Positions 44,401 to 56,400 of a DNA stretch of 64,000 nt are shown here, one piece after another. Origin of the DNA: Tubulanus polymorphus (lineage: Eukaryota > Animalia > Nemertea). The notes beneath the pieces are model-generated. The model was given only the letters and a program-made list of their open reading frames with translations, did not search any database and was not told the origin of the DNA. The position numbers and the translations under genes were made by a program. The DNA is taken from the NCBI RefSeq assembly GCF_964204645.1, contig NC_134033.1, forward strand, positions 3,678,131-3,742,130, read 5' to 3'. How positions within the stretch are numbered: the stretch's first letter is position 1; the number at the start of each line of letters is the position of its first letter.

Positions 44401-47400
44401 CAGGTTCGATTTGACGAATAATTCGTTTGTCAGAAATTCCGCCGCGATGGCAATCGTTAAGATATACTACGAATGTCCGAGTTGGTGGCCGCGAACCGAA
44501 GCGCGGTTGATCGCGAACGAGTTCGTCGAGAATAACGCGCGTGATGCCGTCGTGACGCTGTACGGCGGCGACGAGACGGTCGTCAGACGTAACGTATTCC
44601 GCAATCCTGCGTCGAAATACGAGTGCACGTTGTTACCGGAAAACACGGGCGAAATGTTCGATTTGTCGTATAATTATTGGGGCGTTGATACCGATATTGA
44701 GAATCGGATACTCGGTCAGAATACGAAGATTTCGCGACCCGCGTTTAAACTCGTACCGTATTTCACCGATTCAACGCTGACCCGAACGAGTTGGGTGTTG
44801 GTGCACGATTCGAGCTCGTTCAAAAACGGAAGTCGCCTCGGTGGAAGTTTATACGAAGCGTTGACCTTGACGTCGAGCGGAAGTCCGTTTACGGTCGAAA
44901 GCGACGTGATGGTTAGACGCGGCGGTTCGCTGCGCATCGAACCGGGCGTCGTTTTGAACGTGGCGCCCTACGTCGGATTTCTCGTTGGCGGCGGCGGTCG
45001 TCTGCTCGCAGACGGTGGCGCCACCTCCGCCGCGCGTATACGCCTCCGACTCGGCGAGCGGACGCTCGATTCGCGACTCACGATCTTTAACGCGACGAAA
45101 ATTACCGAATACGAATTCCAAAGACATCATGGTCATCGACAATATCGTAGACGGAAGCGGCAGACGGCTCCTCGCAGACGGAAGCGGCAGGCGTCTAACA
45201 TGCTTGGTTCTGCGGATGTTGTACAGTTCTATATCGAGAGTGAAAACAGAACCGTCTGCGCTCCTAGATTTCGAAGTGATGTTGAAACCATAGGCTTGAC
45301 ACTTTGTCGATTGATGGGCAAAGGTCAGTACTTATCGAGCTACCATTACAAGGGACCACCGTACAAGGGACGTATAGCGTATAGAAGTATACACTGCATA
45401 GAGGGCGCTAAAACACTCGACGATTGTCAATTTGAAAAATGCCCCGACAACAGACGGTGTTGCAGCGACCCATTACGGTTGAAGTGTTTACCGCCGGCCT
45501 GGGCCGGAATTCATCTAGCGGCTGACGCCAAACAAAGCGTTTTACGTTACGTCGATATCTCTGGCGCCGGGTTGAACAACGGCGGTAACCTGGCCGCGAG
45601 TTTATCGATCGATTTTCATCGGCACCGAATCGAAAACGTCCAGATCGAGCAGGACATGCCGGGTGTCGGCGTGATCGCGAGCGCCTTCGTCATCAAACGC
45701 ACGAGCCGAGCGATCGATGAATCTTTACGCGATGTCGGCGTCAACGTTTCGCAATTCATAAGCGGTTTGAAATTGCCGGTGTCGTCTGCGAGCAAACTCA
45801 CGAATGTCACGGCAACGAAAACGAATAGCAGTTGGTCACCGTCGCGATATCCGTCGCCGTACGCGAATACTTACGGAATCGGTTTCGAAGACTCGGCGGT
45901 GAAGTTAATTCCGACGATTCAATCGTGTAATGATCAGAATCCGGTACGAGTCGACGCCGACGGCGCGTTCTATTCGTTGACTAATCACGTGCCGGCGACT
46001 AACTCTACACTAGCTGAATGTACAGTCCGTCTGATACCCGATAAGCAGACGGATTCGATCGTTATCGATTTGCTCGAAATCGACGTTTTAATGAGGTTCG
46101 TTTTAAAAGAATGCTTGCTTGAGGCCCGAACACCCTATACGATATCAACATCAAACTACTTGTACATACAGCCCGTTGGGAAAAAGAAGGTGGCCGCCTC
46201 CATAAAATCCCCCTATGGCATCAACAAATAGCCCGGTGATTGATCTACGTGTGAATAAGTGTTTTCGGAAAGGATGTCTGTCCCCACTGATCCCGTAAAG
46301 ACATGCTTGGATTTCTTAGTAATATCGTGCGCGCAAAGACCTTTCCAGAAAAAATATATCTGGCTCAGACACCCTTAAGAGTAAATGACATCATTGCTAT
46401 ATCTAAATTTTGATAATTATTTACGGTCATCTTTATCAGTATCATATTATCGGAGAGAAACTCGTTCAATTCTCTCGGAAGCTCCGAGTTGAAAGAGTCC
46501 CGAATTGGGCATTGTCTTATGTACAGAAAACTATAGGGATTCAGAAAATGAATTGCTTTTTGTCCGAGTTGGTCGTGTCCGAGTAGGGCGAGGTTTACTG
46601 TAAGATGTTAATGATTGACGTTTTGTAGGAATCATAGTTCAGTTGACCCCGGTAAAGGAGACGGCAAATCCAAAGTCAAACGGAGTACGACAACATCTAA
46701 ATGTAAGAAGAATTCGTCGGTGCAGTTGTATGCCGGAAGTCAACTGATCACTGGAGAACTGACCGCTAGAGACGGGTTTAGGTATGAACCGACAAGCGGA
46801 AATCAGGAACTCGCTTTGAAGATCGTAACGGGCGCCGATAACTGCGGATCTGTTGATATCATCATTCACGCAATTGCCGTCAAACAGGCGACATTGTCAC
46901 CGAAACAAAATACCGGTATGCATCCACCGTATCTCGAGTCTCCCTGCATTGAGCTGTCCAGTGATTTAAAGTATAGACCATTCGAGAAGAGATTTCTTCT
47001 TCCATAAATCCCCATATGACATCATCAAATTGCCTACTAGTGATTTGGTCTACGAGATTTGGTTTCTGAAGAGACGTCAGCCGCCATGAGTCCCCCTATG
47101 ACATAATCATCGAACTATCCACCGATTTAATCTATGGTCCGTTCTAAAATCCCATTATGACGTCATCAGATTACTTACAAGTGAGATCTATTGATCTATA
47201 TGAGTGTTTCCAGATAAAGTGTCTGCCTTCTTAAAATCTATCTATGACGTCATCAAATAGCCTGGTGATTTTGTCTACCTATCATCCTCGCTTGCCAGGG
47301 TTTGATTGCCGCCCGCTCGAGCTCACGAGCTCTAACAGCTAATTCATCGCCCCAATACCAAACCATGGCTGCAAAACCCAACAGTCTATATATCTAGCCA

Positions 47401-50400
47401 ATCAGACGCGTGATGTTTACAGAGCAAACGTCGTGCCGGTAAAAACGCATCTGATTGGCTAGATACGTATAGACTGGTGGACACAGAGCGGGAACCTGTC
47501 CGAAGAAATCGTGGACGGTGTAATAGACCATGAAGGGCTTGAGCTACAGCGGGCGGCAATCAAACCCTGGCAAGCGAGGATGTCTACCTGTATGAATTTT
47601 TCCTGCACCTGTATTATGTGTACGGAACCAGAAAAAAAGATGCCCGCCTCCATAAACCCACGCGTAAAAAGCTTCCATAGAGTTTTATGCCTTAAACTGA
47701 AAGTCTTTTTTTCCAGATAAACCCGAGATAGAACTCGATCTAGTGAAAATCCACGGTGAATTCAATACAGGAATATTTTTCAATTATACGTATTGTAAGT
47801 ACACGTTATTTCTGTGTTGCTGAGGGCCAAGGTTGTTGTTGAGAGTCAAGGTTGTTGCTGAGAGTCAAGGTTGTTTGTCTGTTCTGAGTTCCAATTTCTG
47901 GCAGAAATTTCGCACGATAAAATTTAGATAATTTTGAATATTTATCCGCCCACCCTGAATCACTGCCTGCCCTGTGGTGCGATGTATCCACGTAATTATA
48001 TGTATTAGTTAAATCAGGGAGGTGGTAGGATGAAAACTCTTTGATCATGAATAGAAAATTGCCGACTAGCTGATAACATATCTAACTCGTTCATACTCCA
48101 TTCACTCCCATTTCAATGGTTAAATTCTCTACCGAAAGATGGCAGCACCAAATATAAGAGTAATTGTATAAATAGGTCAAAGGTTGAAAGGTTGAGTGAG
48201 TAAAAAATTAAAAAATAAATTCGAGCGTGCGAGAATTTATTCTAATTCTTTACGAGCTCGACCTTTGGCCTGAACGCCTATTTATACAGTTACTGGTATG
48301 CCCGTTATACACGACGCTGCTTGGAGAGATGACTATTACATGGAATAGAGTTATAAGCTAGGGGGAATAATACCAAATTTGGAGCGCATTGAACTGGTTA
48401 GGATACCTGCGCTATATAAATCGACTTTATCATCATTATCAGTATCATTATTATTAATATTATTATTACTATTATTATTATTATATTTTCAGCCAATGAA
48501 ACTGGCATGAATCTAACAATGCGGAACGTCACCATTTCGAATGTGATCCGTCGCGCCGTCTACGGGAGATTCACGGCATTCGACGTTCGCGACTCGACGT
48601 TCAACGGCAGCCGCGTCGAGGTCGAGCCGACGGGAAATTCGAACGCGACGGTGCGCGTCGAAAACTGCACGTTCACGAACGGCAGCTTCGTATTAATTCG
48701 TCTGACGCCGACGAATGAAACGAGAAAACCCGATCATCGGCAGCAGACGGTCGCAGCGCGCGTCGAAATATTGCGCAATATATTCGAATCCGATTTAGCG
48801 ATTTATTCGTCGAATGCCGAATGCGGCCCGATCGATTGGACGATCGCGAATAACAGGTTCTCGAATTTGACCGCCAACGAATTTGCCTCGATCGTCGACG
48901 TCTGCGGAGTCGGAAAAATCGCCGACAATAAATTCCGCGGAATCCGCGCGCGAACGCGAGGATCGACCGCGGCGATCGTGAGCGTCGCGCAGAACGGGCG
49001 GGCGTCGTCCGCCTCCTCGACCGAGCGGAGCGTAGCCTGGGAAATCATCGGCAACGAGTTTCTCGATAATCGAGATATGATGAGTTTGGTGCGAGTTCGA
49101 CGCGCATCGAACAACGTCACGTTCACGCGGAATAAACTCGTCAATAATCGCCGACTATTCGACGATTGTCGACTGCCGCTAGGTGGCAGCACGGCTTTAG
49201 AAATCGGGAGCATCGGAAACGTCGCTGTTCGTTTGAACACGTTCGACAACCCGGGACTCGATTCGGAAGTCGTTTCGCAATTTCGACGTTCGCTCGTCGA
49301 TTTCGAAACGAATTTCTGGAATTCGACAGACGCGGAAGCGATCTTTAGTCGTCTGCCGGGGACGATCCTCTCACCGCGTCAAAAAACCTTCAAAATCTGC
49401 ACCGATCCCGATTGTAAAATCGTCCGCGATTTTATAACGCAAAATCAACCGTCTGTGTACGTGAGTCGCGATGAGCCGTACGTCATTAAACAGGATATCG
49501 TCGTCACCGCAGACGATCTGTTAACGATAGAAGCCGGCGTAACGCTGCGTTTTCGACCGGGGCGATCGCTGATCGTTTACGGCCGGTTGTCCGCGGCGGG
49601 TACGCGCGATCAACCGATCTTGATGAACGTCGAGCGGCGTTCGCAAGCGGAAAAGCCCGTCTGCCCGTCGGGTTACCCGCGCGCGGTGCTCGTAGGCGGA
49701 AACTCGTCGACGGAAGGCTATGTTCTGATCGAGCGGCATGCCGGAGGTCGTGTTTACCGACCGTGCGGTGGCGATTTCTGGACCGCGGCGGAATCGGAAA
49801 TGATTTGCCGGTCGCTCGGATTCGGACCGCCGGTTCTCTGGGAGAATCTGGCGTCGTTCGCGAAGAACAAGAGTTTACTGCCGGTGACTATGAGGTGTTC
49901 GGGTGGAATTGAATTGAGCGATTGCTTTCAGACGAATCGTGGTTGCAGAAGGTATTACGAAGACCCCGATGTATTTGTCCGCTGTCAGCCGAGAGGTTGG
50001 GGCGGCGTGAAGCTGCGCGGTGAAAAATCACGCGCAGATTTGGAACACGTCAAAATCTCGAATACAGTAAATGGTGCCATAACTCTCAGTGGTGGTACCA
50101 GGGGTACAAGTGGTACCGCTGGCAATCCTCCATTGATAATCAGAAACACCGACATCATCAACGCGGCGAACGGAATTCAGATTTTCCGCTCTGTAACCGG
50201 TCTCGAAATCGACGGAATCAATTTCGAAAACGTTTCCGATAAAGCGATCGTGGCGAGCGTCGTCGTGCCGATGAGCGTCAAACGCGCGCGTCTGAAAAAC
50301 GTCGGCGACACCGGCGTCTATATTTCCCCGCCCGACAACGACCTCGAGCGATACCTCGGTGAATTATCGATACAGATGCCGGTCGGGTACGACCCGGGGA

Positions 50401-53400
50401 TCGGCGGCGGCGATTTCGTTCTTTGTCGATCGAACGATGTCAAGGTCAAACCGCGGCAGACGTTACTGTTGAAATCGCCGAAAATGGCGAGTTGGAAATG
50501 GCGAGAGACGACGGCATTTTCGAAAGAGGGGATATTTTGCGGACCGACCGTTCTCGTTACCGACCCCGGTTACGTGCTACGCGTTTTTGTACGGTACTCC
50601 TTGACGGCTCGGGAGCAGCCGTTTTTGTTCGACTTTTTCAACGTCGACGGAAACGGTGCGCGCGTCGAGAAAATCGATTACAAACGGAATTTCCGGCATA
50701 CAAGGAAACGAACGTACGAGGTGTGGTCGAATTCGTCGCGGTTGGAATTATCGTCATTTTACAACAGAGCTGGAATGATTAGATTCATCGAATACATGGA
50801 AGTTTCAGCGCACAATGCGTCGTGTAAGTATTGCGCGAATCATCGGGCTTATTTAGATTTAGTTTCAAAACGTAGTGACCAGCAGCCGATTCCTTAATAG
50901 TGTCTTAGACCGGTCGTTTTGGCTCTGTAACCAATCTAACAACTCAAGACCAGCCTAAGCTCTTCTTGATTTAACCAGTCAATCTAACAATTTAAGACTA
51001 TATTATACGCTCATTTCGGTTCTATAACCAATCATGTTGATTCTATTACCAATCTCACAATTTAAGACCACAGTCTAAACTCAATTTGGTTCTATAACCA
51101 ATCTAACAACTTAAGACCAGTCCACGCTCATTTTTGTTCCACAACCAATCTATCAGCTAAAGACCAGTCTAATCTCATTTTGGTTCTATTTGGAACTAAT
51201 ATTTTCGGAGATAATTTTGTATCAGTTTTTGTATATTATTTGTTTGTAGTTGCTAAGTGTACGTTTGACTGGAGCAGTCCGTTCTGTCCTTGGAAATCTG
51301 ATCCGAACCCCGACATCGAGTGGAAAAGAGGAAATGGCAGTCACTTGTTTTCCTATGAAGATAATACTGTAGGACGGTCCGGTTTGTATTATTTGGTTTA
51401 CTGTCCCCTGATTGTCAGGAACAGTGTCTGAAGATGGTTTACTGTTCCCTGGTTATCATGAACAGTCTCAAAAAATGGTTTACTATCCCCTGATTGTCAG
51501 GAAAAGTCTCTGAGTATGGTTTACTGTTCCCTGGTTATTGGGAACAGTCTCTAAAACTGGTTTTCTGTCCCCTGATTCTCAGGCACAGTCTCTGAAAACG
51601 GTTTCAAAAAATGGTTTACTATCCCCTGATTGTCAGGAAAGGTCTCTGAGTATGGTTTACTGTTCCCTGGTTATTGGGAACAGTCTCTAAAACTGGTTGT
51701 CTGTCCCCTGATTCTCAGGCACAGTCTCTGAAAACGGTTTACTATCCCCTGATTGTCAAGAGCAGTCTCTGAAAATGGTTTAATGTCCCTTGAGTGTCGA
51801 GAACAGTCTCCGAAAATGGTTTACTGTTCCCTGATTGTCAAAGGGCTCTTCTGATGTCTGCTTCATCATGACTTCGAGCATATCGTGTGGCCTAGCCAGC
51901 CGGCCCGGCCCGCGGGCCCGGTTTGGCTGTCACTCGATATCCTATCTTGAGTCGGGGTTGAAGTAGACATTGTTTTTTAAAATAAATTGTTTATGTTATT
52001 CTGTATGAATTACCCGTGTGTATTGTATGTTGTATTATTAAAATTTGTAACTTTATTGAATTTGGGAATTTTATCCCGGAATTTCTATATAATAAGTATC
52101 AATAAAGAATTGAATTGAATTGCCAACTAATACACATGCCATCAGAGGACGCGGAGCCGTATATGGCAGCTATGCTATTATACATGCATATATGCTAATC
52201 TCATAGAACCTGCATACCCATAATATCGAACATATTTTCTAAAACATTTTAATATTGAAATTATTTATTTACACATTTTTATATGGACTGCTTGTAGCCG
52301 CTGATGAAATTCACGCCGGCCCTAAACAGATTGTAGATATAGCTTCGTCATTTCACCAGCATCCCCATGTCAGGGTATGACTTTTATATCAGACTTCCGT
52401 ATCGTGTATACATCCGCCATTTAACCGAATTATCCGATTTACTTATCATTTCTATTTATGCCTGCCGCTTCTGATATAATCATACATCCTTTACTATTAC
52501 AATACGTCTTCTAATGATATTCAATGCAATATAACATTTCGACGTTCAAAAAGAGCTCATTATATAATCACAGGAATCCATTCTACATCTTTATCAATAA
52601 TATTTTGCCAAATAGCTTGTATGCGTACACATAGACCTGTGACGTTTTGCACATCGATTTACGGCTGTCGTTTGTTAAATGACGCTGAATGGTTAACATT
52701 GTTTAGGTTTTATAATGGTAACGTTTTATAAGGCATCAAAACAACTGATCCTTACTTAATCATTTTCAGGTAAATCGATTTCGGTGGTACCTAAAAGATC
52801 AGCTAGACTAACTTCGACGTTGCGCAGTGGCTTGATCCCGGTCGGAGCGTGCGGTATTGATTTTGCTTACTCGGTGAAAGGCCGACGAAGTCAATCGCAC
52901 TTAGAGGTATGGGAGAGAAAATAACAAATGATTACTGCAACTCGCTTTAGATTGGCCGGGCGAACTTCGGTTTTCGTATAGTTAGCCTCGACTTATGGTC
53001 GGAGCTCATAGTCATATGCGTCAAGTTCGGTCTTCATGCATTTCACATTGTCGGCTATCTTAGAACTAGTCCGAACTACTAGTACTAGCGAAGACGCTCA
53101 ATCCAATGGTTTGATATTTCCGGACTATAGTTCAAACTAAACAGCATCGTTCGATTTCTCGTAGTTCGCAAATAGTCGACTAACTCCGATGAGCGAGGTT
53201 CATCTGCTGGCATATTGAAAAAAATGAAATTAAAGAAAAAATTAGAAAAATGAATAAATAAATAAAGAAATTAAAAAAGAAATTAAAAAAAAAATAGATC
53301 TGCTGGCTGGCTGGTAAAAAATCGAGACTGTGCCGGGATGGAGGGGGGGGGGGGGTTAAAGATCTCCATGTTACAACTAAGAAGAGGGGCTTTTTGTTTT

Positions 53401-56400
53401 GATTTTCGTAGGTTTTCGTTGGAGACGGCACGTCTGATCAACTGATATGGACGTACCGCGGTCCGTACGTAAGGACCGAGCCTGCAAAATTCCTGAACGG
53501 CAAGGCGTGGTTCAACCCGGTCAGTCCTGATAGCGGCGCCGAACTGAAATTCGTAGCTAGATTCGAAAACGTTACGAATACCGGAATCGCGCTGGACGAT
53601 ATCGCATTTTTAGAATGCGACTCTAAACCAGGTAAAAACCGATATTAACTGAAATTGCCCTGATGTTTACTGATCTCGTAACATTACTGGCGCCAGTTTA
53701 AAACTAAGTCATTTTCCTAACAAAACGGTGCAGTTAGCAACAGTTAAATGGTTTATTATTGCGTTAGCCTCTGGGTTAAAGTTGATACCGGTCTGTTAAG
53801 CCTAGCGCACATCGACAAAGCGACTGGAGACAACTAGTTGCTAGTGAGCGAGTACCCCGCGCACATCGAAAATTTAGTAAACCCCAGCAACTGCGTGGCT
53901 CATGCCGGTCGCTAGGTCCATAGCGCACACATCGACAGCGACTGAGATGTGGTTTAGCAAATATTCTTGAGAGCATCACAAGTCACGTGACAAATAGCTT
54001 TGTTTTAGTCAGTTACAACCATGTGTTGTTGATTAGGGAGCGCTCACATCGACGGATATGAGAGCAACTGAGTACAACTAGTTGTTCAAAAGTAGAACAT
54101 GAGCAACTGGGTGGAACTGGAAATAGATGGACGCTAACCAGTCGTAAGCTCTCTCACATCGACAAATTCGAGCAACTGATTGTATCCAGCCAGTTGCTCT
54201 CATGCGCCGAAAACTGCCTGGCAACTAGTTGTCTCCAATCGCAGTGTCGATGTGCGCTAGGCTTAAAACTGGGCCTTGGGGACAAATCAGAAAAAAATAC
54301 CTTAAATGGTTGGAGATATCGGAGGTCCTGAGATGACACAAAGTTTCTAAAAGTTGTATGAAAACAATATGACAAGAAGCATTGGTTATTCCCTGTGAAG
54401 CGCAAAAAGGCCATATGAATTTGTAGGGCTCGACCCATAGATACCATGTACGGTACCGACTCTCAGGAAATGTAGGGCTCCGAAGCAATTTAAAGCTAGA
54501 TTTGACAAACTGGGCATAATTTGAAATTTTCACGCAAGTGCGGTGTATAACGGGCATAACGAAACATTGCAATATTCTACACTGCAGTGCGGTGTATCGT
54601 TGGTTACTAATATTCCGCGATTTTGGACAGGTGGTGCCATCTTTCGAAAGAGATTTTCATTTACCAACCAATAATTACTGTCATGGTGTATAGGCTACTG
54701 GTGAAGTCCATCACTGATTTATACATCGCATTGCCGTGTCGATGCGCCGAAAGGGTTACGATGACAGAGTGTGAGAGAATCTAATAATCTAATCTAATAT
54801 TGCAGCAGAATTATTGTATCGTTGCGTTTCGGGTGGTTTAAAAGATTTGATTTCCTTCTTGTGTTTCAGCGAGTTTAACCCCGAAGATTGTGTTCGAAGA
54901 CGTAGAAATGGTCGACGTCCGCAACCGAGCTATCAACATGACGTCACCGGACCCGGCGCTGCGCCCGCAGATCCTGCTCGATCGCGTGCACTTGCATCGG
55001 TTCGGGGTTTGGCGCAAGTTTTATATGCCGAACATATTCGACGCGTACGCGATACAAATCGGCGTCAAAAATGCCAACGTAACTTTACGTAACGTCGCGA
55101 TGTACGACCTGAACGTAGCGGGTATTCGCGTCGACGCGTACGCGCTCGATTATTCGAAATTCGAACTGATCGGCTCGACGATCAACGGAACTCTCGGACC
55201 CGCTCTGTTCGTCGCGTACGGTTACCGTTACCCGCACGAAGGCCGGTATCCGTTCGTCGCGCGTATTCGCAATTCTTCGATTACGCGCACGCTGCGGTTT
55301 ACAATGTCTGACAGGGCGATTTATTTAAACGGCATCGCTGTGAATATCACGAATAGCCGCATCAACGAGAACCGCGGATACGGGGTGATGTATGCGTACC
55401 ACGCGGACACGATCATCCGCGAAAGTCAGCTGTTGATGAACGCGCCGCGGGTCATTCAACTCTTATCCGCGAATATCTTAATGGCGAATAGCTCGTTTTA
55501 CAATCCGGGATCGTCGATACCGATTCGATGGCAGGATATGAACGGGCGGGAAGTGAGCGTCACGTGGAACTGGTGGGGACAGGCGTCTTAATCGGTGATC
55601 GGCGACGCTTTCAACGCTGCGGCTAAGTACGGTGCGAGACCGAATATTGAATATCTACCGCTCATACCGTTCGACGACCCGGCGCATATATCAGGTGAGT
55701 AAACTAGCCACACCTGGTGGATCTTAACTAGCTTCACTTGGATTACATGATCGTGACAGTGGGTAGTTGATGTCCTACTGCAATTAGCAGAAACCTGGTG
55801 GATCCTCACTTGCCACAAGTGGAATCCTCTATTGCCGTAGTATTGATGTCCTACTGCACAATAACGACACCTGGTGGATCCTTAATCCTCTTCTGCTGCA
55901 CTAGTTCATGTCCAACTGCACGCTAGCCACACCTGGTGGATCATCAATTGCCACAGTAACTTTGAGTATCTTTTTCTCTATACAGTTATAATTTGTCCGA
56001 TTGGTTGGTATATCTCGGGATCGAGTTGTTTGTTCTATCACGGCGGCGCCATGTCATTTTCAAACGCCGCTAAAACATGCGCGGTAAGAATGTTTTTAGA
56101 AATACCGTTCTCGAGTTTTCAGTTGTTTTCTGCCCTCATTGCATGACAGGAAATGGATTCGTTGTTTTTGTAGAAATATGCCAGTAGTTCCGTATTGAAA
56201 TCAACCAGCGTCGCGAAGGCGAAACATTTATGGCAGAAGACCGTCGACCAATCGGACAAAATTTGGATCGTAGCGGAACAGGTGAATGAATTGGCTAATT
56301 GAAAAATAAAATATTCATTATCTAAAATACTCAATTGCTACATGGAAAACTCCCCTTTCAGTGCGTCTGCACCGCAATGCGGTGAATAAATCGGCGATGT

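Noticed and set aside
41529-49739. Antisense and alternative-frame ORFs over the Bark-like, NLR and ZBBX exons
   Set aside because: These are expected shadows of GC/CpG-rich coding sequence and show no motifs.
55589-55591. Selenocysteine or programmed readthrough at the Bark-like internal stop
   Set aside because: The codon is TAA, not TGA, and it lacks the CARYYA-type leaky context.
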